DNA of 32,000 nucleotides from Thermosulfurimonas dismutans (GCF_001652585.1 NZ_LWLG01000001.1:180001-212000), one strand, 5' to 3'; positions 19,144-28,693 are shown, numbered from the stretch's first letter. Notes: a model not told the origin generated them from the sequence alone. Numbers and translations are program-made.

Positions 19144-19932
19144 TTAGGCCTCCCTGAGGGCTTTTTGCCATTCTTTTAATAAATAATCGGGGTGAGGATC
19201 TTTTACCAGGGCCTCACCAATCAGGGCCCCGGCCACCCCTGCCGAAAAAAGCCTTTTCAAGCTCTCTGCTTCCGAAAGACCGCTCTCGGAGATCACCGGA
19301 ACCCCACTGGGCACGTGTTTCAAAAGCCGAAAGGTGGTCTCCACCGTAACCTCAAAGGTTTTGAGATTGCGGTTGTTGATACCAATGATATCCGCACCGG
19401 CGGAAAGAGCGATCTCAAGTTCCTCCTCGTCGTGGACCTCAACCAGAGCCGAAAGTTCGAGTTTTCGGGCGTAGGCCAGAAACTCCCGAAGTTCCTCGAA
19501 AGACAAAGCGGCCACGATGAGCAATACCGCATCCGCTCCGAAGGCCCGGGCCTCCTCGATCTGAACGGGATCAAGGATGAAATCCTTTCTCAAAAGAGGA
19601 AGCTCCACCACGCCTCTCACCGCAGCCAAATATTCCAGGGAACCTTGGAAATAAGGCTCGTCCGTAATGACGGAAATGGCCCCAGCCCTTCCCTGTTCAT
19701 AAGAGCGGGCCAATCGGATGGGATCGAAATCGGGACATAACAGGCCTTTGGAGGGGGAGGCCCTTTTGACCTCCGCAATAATGGTAAAACCCGGAGCCGT
19801 GAGCGCTCCCCGAAAATCCCTCCGAGGGCTATCCCAAAAGGGTCTAAAGAAAAGCCCTCGGCTCTTGCGGAGCTCTATCTCTTTTCTCTTAGTTTCTAAA
19901 ATACGTTCCAAAAATAGCTTTCCCGTTGACAT
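19144..19932 (-). CDS. trpC: Indole-3-glycerol phosphate synthase
   Basis: 262 aa. [34 protein letters not shown]. Confidence 0.95.
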   Translation of the reverse strand: MSTGKLFLERILETKRKEIELRKSRGLFFRPFWDSPRRDFRGALTAPGFTIIAEVKRASPSKGLLCPDFDPIRLARSYEQGRAGAISVITDEPYFQGSLEYLAAVRGVVELPLLRKDFILDPVQIEEARAFGADAVLLIVAALSFEELREFLAYARKLELSALVEVHDEEELEIALSAGADIIGINNRNLKTFEVTVETTFRLLKHVPSGVPVISESGLSEAESLKRLFSAGVAGALIGEALVKDPHPDYLLKEWQKALREA

Positions 19933-19995
19933 CTTTTGGGCGACCGGTTTTATTTAAGTCTAAACTTTCCACGATTTTATATAGTGGAGGCGGAA

Positions 19996-20130
19996 ATGAA
20001 AAGGACCTATCAACCAAGTCGGATAAAACGCAAACGGTGCCATGGTTTCCGAGCCCGGATGAGCAGCCGTTCAGGCAGAAAGATCCTAAAGAACCGCCGA
20101 CGGAAGGGACGCTGGCGGCTTACGGTTTAG
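19996..20130 (+). CDS. rpmH: 50S ribosomal protein L34
   Basis: [22 protein letters not shown]...[18 protein letters not shown] lies 6 nt upstream of ATG 19996. Confidence 0.97.
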   Translation: MKRTYQPSRIKRKRCHGFRARMSSRSGRKILKNRRRKGRWRLTV

Positions 20131-20132
20131 GC

Positions 20133-20474
20133 TTGAAACCCCAAGGACTTTCTAAGGCCGAAAGACTCTCCAGGAAAAGAGATTTTGAACGGGTTTTTAG
20201 GCGAGGCAAAAGGATTGATCTGCCTTATCTTAGGGTAATTTGCGCCGAAAATGGTCTTCCGTGGCGGAGGATAGGTTTTGCGGTCTCGAAAAAGGTGGGA
20301 AACGCGGTGGTGAGAAATCGGATAAAGAGGCTGCTACGCGAAACATTTCGCAAAAATAAAGACTTGTTTCCTCCGGGTTGCGATTTGGTCTTTATTCCCC
20401 GACGAGAAATAATCTCTTTATCACCGGAAAAAATCGCTCTAGATCTCAAAGAGGCCTTCGAAAAAAGATGCTGA
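20133..20474 (+). CDS. rnpA: RNase P protein component
   Basis: Conserved core [11 protein letters not shown]...[24 protein letters not shown]. The start is provisionally TTG 20133, 2 nt after the rpmH stop. The same frame stays open upstream through all of rpmH (see findings). Confidence 0.8.
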   Translation: MKPQGLSKAERLSRKRDFERVFRRGKRIDLPYLRVICAENGLPWRRIGFAVSKKVGNAVVRNRIKRLLRETFRKNKDLFPPGCDLVFIPRREIISLSPEKIALDLKEAFEKRC

Positions 20475-20695
20475 CTAAACTATTTATCTTTTTCATCCGG
20501 GCTTACCGTTACCTGATTTCTCCGTGGTTACCAAGGACCTGCCGGTTCTATCCCACCTGTAGCCACTATGCCGAGGAGGCCATACGGGAGTGGGGAGTAT
20601 CAAGAGGCCTTCTCTTGGCCCTTAAACGAATCCTGAGGTGCCATCCCTTTCATCCCGGAGGCTTCGATCCAGTACCCAAAGGAGGTTCTTCTTGA
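20468..20695 (+). CDS. yidD: Membrane protein insertion efficiency factor YidD
   Basis: [27 protein letters not shown]...[15 protein letters not shown] 20468 overlaps the rnpA stop. Confidence 0.9.
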   Translation: MLTKLFIFFIRAYRYLISPWLPRTCRFYPTCSHYAEEAIREWGVSRGLLLALKRILRCHPFHPGGFDPVPKGGSS

Positions 20696-22290
20696 TGGAA
20701 CAGCGAGCCCTTCTGGCCGTCATAATTTCTATTCTAATCATCATGGGTTTCCACTACTGGTTTGCCTCCCATTATGCTCCGCCCACAAAAAACCCTCAAA
20801 AAGTCACCCTTCAGAAAACAGCTTCAAAGGCCACGCCGGCTCGGGAAGTCTTGAAAGAACCCGCCAAGAAGACCGCCATAGATCTTTCTCGGGTCAAAGA
20901 TTTCACCGTAGAAAACGAGGTCTTTCGGGCGATTCTTACCGAAGCCGGGGCCCGCTTTAAGAGTTTTGAGCTTAAAGGTTATCGCAAATACCTCTCCAAA
21001 GACGCGCCTCTCATTCAGCTCATCTCCGCGCCCAAAGAGGGGCTCCCCATCGAGATCTATCTGGCCAGTCGTCCCGAAACCGCTGTTTATCCCTATCGCG
21101 GCTCTAGAAGCAGTTCGGAATTATCTTTGACTTTCGAACCCCTGTTCAAAAGCCCTCTAGAACTCGTCAAGAGCTTTACTTTTCTGGAAAAAAGCTACCT
21201 TTTCCATTTCATGGTGAAAATACGGAATGAAGGCCAAAAAACAGCGAAAGACCGTCTCCTTCTGCGTATGGTGGCTTCTCCCTTCTCTGACGGCACTCGT
21301 TATGTCTCTAAAGGGCCTGCCTACTACGATGGCAAAAAGGTGGAACAGCTAAAACTCAAAAAAGGTCTTCGGGAGTATGCTGGTCCTCTCTCATGGGTGG
21401 GTTACGAAGATGTCTATTTCCTCATGGCTATCCTTCCCGAAGAAAATCTCAATTATCGCGTAACCTTTAGACGTCTCTCCAAGGAGACCGATGAGATCAT
21501 CCTCTGGACTCCGGAGTTTACCCTTGGACCCGGCGAAGAAAAAGTTTTTAAATTTTCGGCTTATTTTGGGCCTAAGAAAATGGAAGTCTTGAAAGAGGTG
21601 GGAAGGGGGCTCCCACAGGCCCTTCATTTCGGGTTCTTCGATCCCGTGGCCAAGCCCCTTCTCTGGTGTCTCAAGTTCTTTAATCGTTATGTGGGCAACT
21701 ATGGCTTGGCCATCGTTCTCCTCACCGTCCTCATAAGGATCCTTTTCTGGCCCCTAAACCACTACAGCTACAAGAGTATGAAAAAGATGCAGGAAATCCA
21801 GCCCCTGATAAAACGGCTGAGGGAAAAATACAAAGATGATCCTCAGGCCTTAAACCGTGAACTCATGCAGGTCTATCGTACTTACAAGATCAATCCCTTT
21901 TCCGGGTGTCTGCCCATGCTAATTCAGATCCCGGTCTTCTTTGCCCTTTATAAGGTCCTTCTCCAGGCCATTGAATTGCGCCACGCGCCCTTCTTCGGTT
22001 GGATCAAGGATCTTTCGGCCCCGGATCGCCTGCCGATAGGCTTTGATATCCCTTACCTTGGAGGACTCCCGGTACTCACCATCCTCATGGGGCTCTCCAT
22101 GTACATCCAGCAGAAACTTTCTCCCTCTTCACTTGATCCTACTCAGGCCAGAATCATGCTCATCATGCCTATCTTTTTCACCGTGCTTTTTGTGAACTTC
22201 CCTTCGGGGTTAGTACTTTACTGGTTGGTCAACAATCTCCTTTCCATAGCCCAACAAGTTACCACTAACAAAATCCTTCAGGCGAGGTGA
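20695..22290 (+). CDS. yidC: Membrane protein insertase YidC
   Basis: N-terminal TM, a large periplasmic domain, then the 60-kDa insertase core (GLAIVLLTVLIRILFWPL, NPFSGCLPMLIQIPVFFALY, LVLYWLVNNLLSI). ATG 20695 overlaps the yidD TGA. Confidence 0.93.
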   Translation: MEQRALLAVIISILIIMGFHYWFASHYAPPTKNPQKVTLQKTASKATPAREVLKEPAKKTAIDLSRVKDFTVENEVFRAILTEAGARFKSFELKGYRKYLSKDAPLIQLISAPKEGLPIEIYLASRPETAVYPYRGSRSSSELSLTFEPLFKSPLELVKSFTFLEKSYLFHFMVKIRNEGQKTAKDRLLLRMVASPFSDGTRYVSKGPAYYDGKKVEQLKLKKGLREYAGPLSWVGYEDVYFLMAILPEENLNYRVTFRRLSKETDEIILWTPEFTLGPGEEKVFKFSAYFGPKKMEVLKEVGRGLPQALHFGFFDPVAKPLLWCLKFFNRYVGNYGLAIVLLTVLIRILFWPLNHYSYKSMKKMQEIQPLIKRLREKYKDDPQALNRELMQVYRTYKINPFSGCLPMLIQIPVFFALYKVLLQAIELRHAPFFGWIKDLSAPDRLPIGFDIPYLGGLPVLTILMGLSMYIQQKLSPSSLDPTQARIMLIMPIFFTVLFVNFPSGLVLYWLVNNLLSIAQQVTTNKILQAR

Positions 22291-22295
22291 GAGCT

Positions 22296-22943
22296 ATGAT
22301 GGAAGAAAAGATTTTCGAGGCCAAAAGCGTGGATCAAGCCATTGAAGAGGCCTGCCGGGTGTTAGGGTGTTTACCCGAGGACTTAGAGATTGAGATCCTG
22401 GAACACGGTTCTTCCGGTCTTTTTGGAATAGGGGCCAAAAAGGCCAAAATCAAGGTCCGCATGAAACCCGAAAAGCTCCTTTCCGAGCGGGCCAATCGGG
22501 CGGTGATGTTTCTAAAGGAACTATTTCTATCTGGAGAGCTCAAGATTGAACCCCAAGCCCAGCTTGAAAAGGATTATGTAAAAATCAATCTCGAAGGCGA
22601 AGACGCCGCCCTTTTTACGGCCAACGGTGGCACGGCCCTTGAGGCCCTAGAATTTCTCACCAACAAGATTGTAGCCCGTCGGCTCGGTGTAGGAGCCAAG
22701 ATCGTAGTGGATGTGAACGGCTTCCGGGAAAACCGCGAGCGTCGGCTCATCAAAATGGCCCGAGAGGCGGCGGACAAAGCCAAAAGGACCAGGAAACCGA
22801 TATCTCTCCCCCCCATGAACGCCAAGGAACGGCGCATCGTTCACCTGGCCCTGAAGGATCGGCGGGATGTCCACACCCGGAGTGCGGGCGAAGGGGAAAG
22901 GCGCCACGTGGTGGTTTACCCCGGCCCGCCTCGTAAGAAATGA
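22296..22943 (+). CDS. jag: Jag/KhpB-type RNA-binding protein (Jag_N + KH + R3H)
   Basis: Jag_N-like EAKSVDQAIEEACRVLG, and R3H motif ERRIVHLAL. I prefer the start at ATG 22296, downstream of GAGGTGA; the GTG 22287 in the ORF track is possible. Confidence 0.85.
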   Translation: MMEEKIFEAKSVDQAIEEACRVLGCLPEDLEIEILEHGSSGLFGIGAKKAKIKVRMKPEKLLSERANRAVMFLKELFLSGELKIEPQAQLEKDYVKINLEGEDAALFTANGGTALEALEFLTNKIVARRLGVGAKIVVDVNGFRENRERRLIKMAREAADKAKRTRKPISLPPMNAKERRIVHLALKDRRDVHTRSAGEGERRHVVVYPGPPRKK

Positions 22944-24334
22944 AGCCCGAACTTTCGCGGACCGAAGATACCATTGCCGCCATCGCTACCCCTCCAGGCC
23001 CGGGGGCCATCGGGGTCATAAAGATAAGCGGGCCGGAGGCCGAAACCATCGCCCATCGGCTCTTCCGGCCCAAAAAGCCCCGAAAATACTTTGAGTCCCA
23101 TCGGCTTTATTACGGCCACATCCTCGATCCTGAAAACGGAGAGGTCATAGACGAGGTCCTGGTGGCCCTCATGCGAAAACCACATTCCTACACCCGGGAG
23201 GATGTCTTAGAGATTTACGCCCACAGCGGCTATCTGGTGCTCACTAGGATCCTAGAGTTAGTGCTAAAGAGCGGAGCTCGCCTGGCCGAACCAGGAGAGT
23301 TCACCCGGAGGGCCTTTCTCAACGGCCGGATCGACCTAGCCCAAGCCGAAGCCGTACAGGAACTCATAACCGCCCGCTCGGAATCCGCCCTGAAACTGGC
23401 TCTGAATCAGTTATCCGGGAAACTCTCCGAAAGAATAAACGAAGTCAAGGAACGGTTACTTTCTCTCCTTGCAATTGTTGAGGCCGCAGTGGATTTCCCG
23501 GAAGAGGATATCGAGATCATAGCCCCTGCTGAAATGGCCCGCACTCTGCGAGAGGGAATCCTACGGCCTATTGAGAAACTAGTAGCAAGCTTCCGGGAAG
23601 GACGGATCTACCGGGAGGGGCTAGCCGTGGTGCTTGCGGGCAGACCCAACGTGGGAAAGTCCAGTCTGCTCAACGCCCTCCTTCGGGAGGAAAGGGCCAT
23701 CGTGACCCCCATACCCGGGACTACCCGAGACGTCCTTGAGGAGACCGCCCAGATCGGAGGACTTCCTGTGCGATTGATTGATACCGCTGGCCTCAGGGAA
23801 ACCGAAGATGTGGTGGAAGCCCTAGGAGTGGCCAAGGCCAAGGAAAAACTCGAGACCGCAGACTTGGTGATCTTTCTCGTGGATGGAAAAGAGTTACCCA
23901 CCGAGGAGGACCGCAGGCTTTATGAACAAGTCATAGAGCGACCTCATCTTGTGGCTGTAAACAAGATCGATATCGCCCCAGAGGAACATCTTTCCAAATG
24001 GGAGAGATTCTTCCCAGAAAAACCGGTCTTCATTTCAGCCAAGGAGGGAACTGGCCTCTCCGAACTTTCCCGGAAGGTCTTTGAGATCGTGATCGGGAAG
24101 GGTCCGAGTGAACCTCCAGAGATCGCCCCCAATCTGCGACAAAAGGCCGCCCTTGAGCGAGCCGCCGAGGCCGTGAAAAGGGCCCTCGGCCTTCTGGAAC
24201 AAGCGGCTCCCCTTCCAGAGCTCCTAGCCATCGAACTCCGGGAGGCCCTTTCCGCCCTCTCTGAGATTACCGGAGAGGTCACCACCGAAGATCTTCTAGA
24301 CCGCATTTTCAGCACTTTCTGTATCGGAAAGTAA
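22940..24334 (+). CDS. mnmE: tRNA modification GTPase MnmE
   Basis: DTIAAIATPPG, G-domain GRPNVGKSSL / DTAG / NKID, and C-terminal FCIGK. ATGA overlap with jag. Confidence 0.96.
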   Translation: MKPELSRTEDTIAAIATPPGPGAIGVIKISGPEAETIAHRLFRPKKPRKYFESHRLYYGHILDPENGEVIDEVLVALMRKPHSYTREDVLEIYAHSGYLVLTRILELVLKSGARLAEPGEFTRRAFLNGRIDLAQAEAVQELITARSESALKLALNQLSGKLSERINEVKERLLSLLAIVEAAVDFPEEDIEIIAPAEMARTLREGILRPIEKLVASFREGRIYREGLAVVLAGRPNVGKSSLLNALLREERAIVTPIPGTTRDVLEETAQIGGLPVRLIDTAGLRETEDVVEALGVAKAKEKLETADLVIFLVDGKELPTEEDRRLYEQVIERPHLVAVNKIDIAPEEHLSKWERFFPEKPVFISAKEGTGLSELSRKVFEIVIGKGPSEPPEIAPNLRQKAALERAAEAVKRALGLLEQAAPLPELLAIELREALSALSEITGEVTTEDLLDRIFSTFCIGK

Positions 24335-24357
24335 AAGGTAAATTGAAGTCTGGGGGA

Positions 24358-25683
24358 ATGATGCCGCCTATAGTCTGTGTCATAGCTGGTTCCGATCCTT
24401 CCGGGGCTGCTGGGCTCCAGATGGATCTCCGCGTGTTGAGTCTCCTTGGAGTTTACGGTACGAGTATTCCCACGGCTTTCACCGTTCAGGGACTTGATAA
24501 AGGAATTGCTTGGGAGCCTTCCCCACCGGATCTATTTGAAAAGGCCCTCCAAACCGTGTTTTCAGAGCTTCCAGTAAAGGTTGTAAAATGCGGCATGCTA
24601 GGGACGGCGGAAGTGGCCCTCAAATTAGCCGAAGTTCTTCCCTCCTTTTCTGGCAAAGTAATCATTGATCCCATCCTTTCGGCCTCAAGCGGACTTTTCC
24701 TTTCGGAAAAGAAGCTGGTATCAGTCCTCCGGGAGAGACTTTTTCCCCTTGCTACCCTGGTGACTCCCAATATTCCAGAGGCCGAAGCCCTACTGGGCCT
24801 AAAAATCAATCCTGGAGATGAGCCCGAAGCGGTAAAGGCCCTCAAGGCCCTGGGGCCCCAGGCCGTACTTCTTAAAGGGGGACACCGAAAGGCGGAAAAA
24901 GTCCAAGATTTCTTTTTTGACGGCTATACCTTAAAAATCTTTGAACACCCACGTCTTGAGGGAAATTTTCGAGGCACAGGCTGTTTTTTAGCTTCGGCCA
25001 TTGCTGGACTCCTTGCCCAGGACAAGGCCCTCGTTTCGGCCGTAGAAGAGGCTATAAGTCTCCTTGAGCTGGCCCTATATTCGGCCCAAAGTTCAAATAT
25101 TTTCCCCCCTCCCGCCAATGCCTTAGTGCTTTGGGAAAGACTTTCCGGCGGACGGAAAGTCCTTGAAGATCTTATGGCCGCGGTGGAAAAGTTCGTAAGT
25201 CATCCGGTAAGGCCCCTTATCCCGGAGGTCCAGAGCAATTTGGCCTATGCCCTACCTTACGCCCGGAAGGTGTCTGAAGTGGCGGCCTTTCCCGGACGGA
25301 TTGTGGGTTACGGAAATTCAGCCCGGCCTGTTGGTTGTCCCCGCTTTGGAGCTTCCAGTCATGTGGCCCGCATCGTGCTTACAGCCATGCGGTTTGAGCC
25401 TTCCAAAAGGGCCGCCCTCAATATCCGCTTCGACCGAAAGTTTATAGAAAAAGCCCAAAACCTGGGCTTAAAAGTGGGTTGGTTCTCCCGCAGGGATGAG
25501 CCAGAGGAAATCAAGGCCCGCGAGGGAGGTACCCTTTCTTGGGGGGTAAGGCGGGTCATTCAGGAACTCGGACTCGTCCCTGACCTCATAGCCGACGAGG
25601 GCGATCTCGGCAAGGAACCCATGATACGAATCCTGGCCGAAGACCCCTTCAAAGCCGTGGAGATCGCCCTGAGTCTTCTATGA
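24358..25683 (+). CDS. thiDN: ThiD-ThiN fusion: hydroxymethylpyrimidine/phosphomethylpyrimidine kinase fused to a ThiN-type thiamine-phosphate synthase domain
   Basis: The N-terminal roughly 260 aa look like ThiD (IAGSDPSGAAGLQMDL, LVTPNIPEA, GTGCFLASAIAG). The C-terminal roughly 175 aa look like ThiN (IPEVQSNLAY, FPGRIV, GASSHVARIVL, DEGDLGKEPMIRILAEDP). The start is ambiguous among TTG 24343, ATG 24358 and ATG 24361. Confidence 0.85.
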   Translation: MMPPIVCVIAGSDPSGAAGLQMDLRVLSLLGVYGTSIPTAFTVQGLDKGIAWEPSPPDLFEKALQTVFSELPVKVVKCGMLGTAEVALKLAEVLPSFSGKVIIDPILSASSGLFLSEKKLVSVLRERLFPLATLVTPNIPEAEALLGLKINPGDEPEAVKALKALGPQAVLLKGGHRKAEKVQDFFFDGYTLKIFEHPRLEGNFRGTGCFLASAIAGLLAQDKALVSAVEEAISLLELALYSAQSSNIFPPPANALVLWERLSGGRKVLEDLMAAVEKFVSHPVRPLIPEVQSNLAYALPYARKVSEVAAFPGRIVGYGNSARPVGCPRFGASSHVARIVLTAMRFEPSKRAALNIRFDRKFIEKAQNLGLKVGWFSRRDEPEEIKAREGGTLSWGVRRVIQELGLVPDLIADEGDLGKEPMIRILAEDPFKAVEIALSLL

Positions 25684-25752
25684 AAGGCCTCTGCCCTTGT
25701 GATGGGCTAGTATACATGCTAAAGAAAAAGAAAAGGGCGTAGGGAGGAACCT

Positions 25753-26040
25753 ATGGCTATAAGCCGGGAGGAGGTTCAGCATGTAGCCCATCTGGCTCGC
25801 TTGGAATTTTCTGAGGCCGAACTTGAACGCTTCACCCAAGAGTTGTCCAAGATTCTGGACTACATGGAAAAACTCTCGGAACTTGACACCTCCGGGGTAG
25901 AACCAACCTACCACGCCTTAAATCTTGCCAACCGTTTCCGGGAAGATGAAGTTCGGCCCTCGTTTCCACCGGAGGAGATTCTCTCAAACGCCCCCCAGAA
26001 GGAGGGAACCTCTTTTGTAGTCCCCAGAGTCATCAAGTAG
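25753..26040 (+). CDS. gatC: Asp/Glu-tRNA amidotransferase subunit C
   Basis: 95 aa. VAHLARLEFSEAELERFTQELSKILDYMEKL..LDT. GGGAGG ribosome-binding site. Confidence 0.95.
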   Translation: MAISREEVQHVAHLARLEFSEAELERFTQELSKILDYMEKLSELDTSGVEPTYHALNLANRFREDEVRPSFPPEEILSNAPQKEGTSFVVPRVIK

Positions 26041-26049
26041 GGAGGTAAT

Positions 26050-27498
26050 ATGCAGAGGCTTTCCATACTGGAAATCCGGGAAAAGCTCCGTAAAAAAGAG
26101 ATAAGCTCGAGAGAGATTACGGAATATTACCTTTCGCGGATAGAAAAGCTTGATCCCCAGATCAAGGCTTATCTCACGGTGACCCGGGAGGAGGCCCTGG
26201 CCCAGGCCCAAGCCGCAGACGAAAAACTTGCCCGGGGCGAGGAGCTCCCCTTATTGGGGGTGCCCCTCTCGGTAAAGGACAACATCTGCACCAAAGGCAT
26301 CCGGACCACCTGTGCCTCCCGGATCTTGGAAAATTTCGTACCGCCTTATGACGCTACGGTGGTAGAAAGGCTCAAGGAGGCCGGGGCGGTCATCCTGGGG
26401 AAGACTAACCTAGACGAATTTGCTATGGGCTCTTCCACGGAAAACTCAGCCTTTTTCCCCACGCGTAATCCCTGGGATCTTGAGAGAGTCCCGGGAGGAT
26501 CCTCTGGTGGTTCAGCGGCTGCGGTTGCGGCGGAACTGTGTGCCGGCTCCCTGGGATCAGACACCGGAGGTTCCATCCGGCAACCAGCAGCCTTCTGCGG
26601 GGTGGTGGGGCTAAAACCTACCTACGGTCGGGTCTCCCGATACGGGCTGGTGGCCTTTGCCTCCTCGCTCGATCAGATCGGGCCCCTTACCCGAACGGTG
26701 TCGGATGCGGCCCTTCTTCTTCAGATAATAGGTGGGCCCGATTCCCGGGATTCTACCTGCTACCCCGAAGCCCAGCCGGACTACCTTTCCGAGCTTGAAA
26801 AACCCTTGCCCAGGCTCAAGCTAGGACTTCCCAAGGAGTATTTCGGCGAAGGCCTTTCGGATGAGATCAGGATCAAGTTAGAAGAAAGCTTCCGGGAGCT
26901 TGAAAAGTTGGGTTTTGAGCTCAGAGAGGTCAGCTTGCCTCACACCGAATATGCCGTAGCAGCCTACTATATCATTGCCCCGGCTGAGGCCAGTTCTAAC
27001 CTGGCCCGTTATGACGGGGTGAAATACGGCTTGAGACTGGAAGGCCGGGACCTCCTAGATATGTATAAGAAAACCCGTTCGCAGGGCTTCGGAGCGGAGG
27101 TCAAACGTCGTATCATGATCGGTACCTACGCCCTTTCGGCCGGATACTATGACGCTTATTACCGCAAGGCTTCCCAGGTGAGAACACTCATCGCTCGCGA
27201 TTTCGAAGAGGCCTTTAAGGAGGTGGACCTCATCCTCACGCCGGTAACGCCCACCTCGGCCTTTAGGCTGGGAGAAAAGACTCAGGATCCCCTGCAAATG
27301 TATCTCTCCGACATTTTTACTATTCCGGTAAATCTCGCCGGCCTAGTGGGACTCAGCCTCCCGGTAGGACTTACCTCTGAAAATCTGCCAGTAGGACTTC
27401 AGATCATTGGCCCTCATTTCAGTGAACCCCTGGTTTTGAACCTGGCGCATCGGCTCGAGGAGGCCCTTTCCCTGAACCTAAATCCGCCTCCGGAGTAA
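26050..27498 (+). CDS. gatA: Asp/Glu-tRNA amidotransferase subunit A
   Basis: 482 aa with the amidase signature [13 protein letters not shown]...[18 protein letters not shown] ribosome-binding site. Confidence 0.96.
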   Translation: MQRLSILEIREKLRKKEISSREITEYYLSRIEKLDPQIKAYLTVTREEALAQAQAADEKLARGEELPLLGVPLSVKDNICTKGIRTTCASRILENFVPPYDATVVERLKEAGAVILGKTNLDEFAMGSSTENSAFFPTRNPWDLERVPGGSSGGSAAAVAAELCAGSLGSDTGGSIRQPAAFCGVVGLKPTYGRVSRYGLVAFASSLDQIGPLTRTVSDAALLLQIIGGPDSRDSTCYPEAQPDYLSELEKPLPRLKLGLPKEYFGEGLSDEIRIKLEESFRELEKLGFELREVSLPHTEYAVAAYYIIAPAEASSNLARYDGVKYGLRLEGRDLLDMYKKTRSQGFGAEVKRRIMIGTYALSAGYYDAYYRKASQVRTLIARDFEEAFKEVDLILTPVTPTSAFRLGEKTQDPLQMYLSDIFTIPVNLAGLVGLSLPVGLTSENLPVGLQIIGPHFSEPLVLNLAHRLEEALSLNLNPPPE

Positions 27499-27501
27499 AG
27501 G

Positions 27502-27825
27502 GTGCAGAGATTACCCCTCAACTACCTGAAACCCGGCATGATTACCGCCGAAGAAGTCAAAGATGAAAAGGGCCGGGTGTTATGTCCCACAGGCACAAAA
27601 ATTAGCCCCGAATTGCTCGAAAGATTCTCCAGAATGGGGGTACAATTTGTCACGGTCAAAGGCCGGCCGGTAAACTTCCCCTGGGAAAAGTCTCTTGAGG
27701 AGGAATTGTCCGAGCTAGAAAAAAGATTTTCACAAGCTAAACATCCTTTTCTCGTTGAGCTCAAGGAAAGCTTAAAGGAGTTCTTGTCAGCTCAGTTTTC
27801 TGAGGCCCAAGAAAATGTGGGATGA
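27502..27825 (+). CDS. Hypothetical small protein (N-terminal beta-rich module plus acidic coiled-coil tail)
   Basis: 107-aa ORF. GTG start lies 3 nt after the gatA stop, and the 3' end overlaps the HDOD start by 11 nt. LKPGMITAEEVKDEKGRVL.PTGTKISPELLERFSRMGV resembles, from memory, the short N-terminal module of many HD-GYP/c-di-GMP signalling proteins. This is unverified. Confidence 0.55.
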   Translation: MQRLPLNYLKPGMITAEEVKDEKGRVLCPTGTKISPELLERFSRMGVQFVTVKGRPVNFPWEKSLEEELSELEKRFSQAKHPFLVELKESLKEFLSAQFSEAQENVG

Positions 27826-28693
27826 TAAACGACGTGAGATCAAGAAGAAACTGCGAAGTCTACAAGGACTTCCCACCCTACCTCCCATTGTGGTCAAACT
27901 CACCCAGATGATCGGTGACGATACGGTTTCGGCCCCTCAAATTGCGGCGGTTATAGAAAGAGATCAGGTATTGACTAGCAAAGTCCTCCGTTTGGTCAAC
28001 TCGGCCTTTTACGGTTTTCCTCGCCGCATCTCTACGGTCTCGAACGCTATCGTCCTTTTGGGGTTCAATGTTATTCGGACGCTGGTCATCACGGCTTCCA
28101 TTTTCGAGATCATGCAAAGCCGCGATATAGGGCTTTGGGAACATTCTTTAGGAGTAGCCGCGGTCTCCGGTATCCTGGCCAAGAAACTTGAAATTCCTAA
28201 TCCCGAAGAAGTCACCACTGCGGGTCTGCTCCACGATCTCGGAAAGGTGGTAGAAAGGGCTTCTCTCCTTGAAGACTACAAAGCTATTCAAAACCTAGTT
28301 GAGGCCCGGGGAATCCCTTGGCGAGAGGCCGAAAGAGAAATTTTACACATGGATCACGCCGAAATCGGAGGTTATCTATTAAATCGTTGGAATCTTCCAG
28401 AAAGGTTAATCGAGCCGGTGGCTTTTCACCATGAAATCAAAAAGGCCAGGAAATTTCCGCTAGAGACCGCCGTTATTCAGCTTGCAGATATTCTGGTTCG
28501 GGCTCGGGGATTCGGGTACGCGGGAGACCCGTGGGTCCCTGAACCCGAAGAAAAGGCCTTGAAACTCTCAGGCCTTACCGTGGAGGCTATCAAACCCCTT
28601 TGGCCGATTTTGGAATCCAAATTCTATGAATTAAGATTTTTCACTGAAGAGATGCGGGAGGCCCTTGTTGAAAAACATCCTTCTGGTAGCTGA
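27815..28693 (+). CDS. HDOD domain protein
   Basis: LPTLPPIVVKL...D...S...IAAVIERDQVLTSKVLRLVNSAFYGFPRRISTVSNAIVLLGFN, then LLHDLGKVV and AFHHE. Confidence 0.85.
   Translation: MWDDKRREIKKKLRSLQGLPTLPPIVVKLTQMIGDDTVSAPQIAAVIERDQVLTSKVLRLVNSAFYGFPRRISTVSNAIVLLGFNVIRTLVITASIFEIMQSRDIGLWEHSLGVAAVSGILAKKLEIPNPEEVTTAGLLHDLGKVVERASLLEDYKAIQNLVEARGIPWREAEREILHMDHAEIGGYLLNRWNLPERLIEPVAFHHEIKKARKFPLETAVIQLADILVRARGFGYAGDPWVPEPEEKALKLSGLTVEAIKPLWPILESKFYELRFFTEEMREALVEKHPSGS

Noticed and set aside
19933-19995. Expectation of oriC/dnaA next to the rpmH-rnpA-yidC-jag-mnmE cluster.
   Set aside because: The gap upstream of rpmH is only 63 bp and abuts trpC. There is no dnaA gene, no DnaA-box array and no AT-rich repeats, so there is no origin here. 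A TTGACA at 19926-19931 with TATTTA 19 nt downstream may be the rpmH promoter, but the spacing is poor and I did not list it as a feature.
24335-24357. Possible TPP riboswitch upstream of thiDN.
   Set aside because: Only about 8-23 nt separate mnmE from the thiDN start, far too short for a roughly 100-nt THI element.
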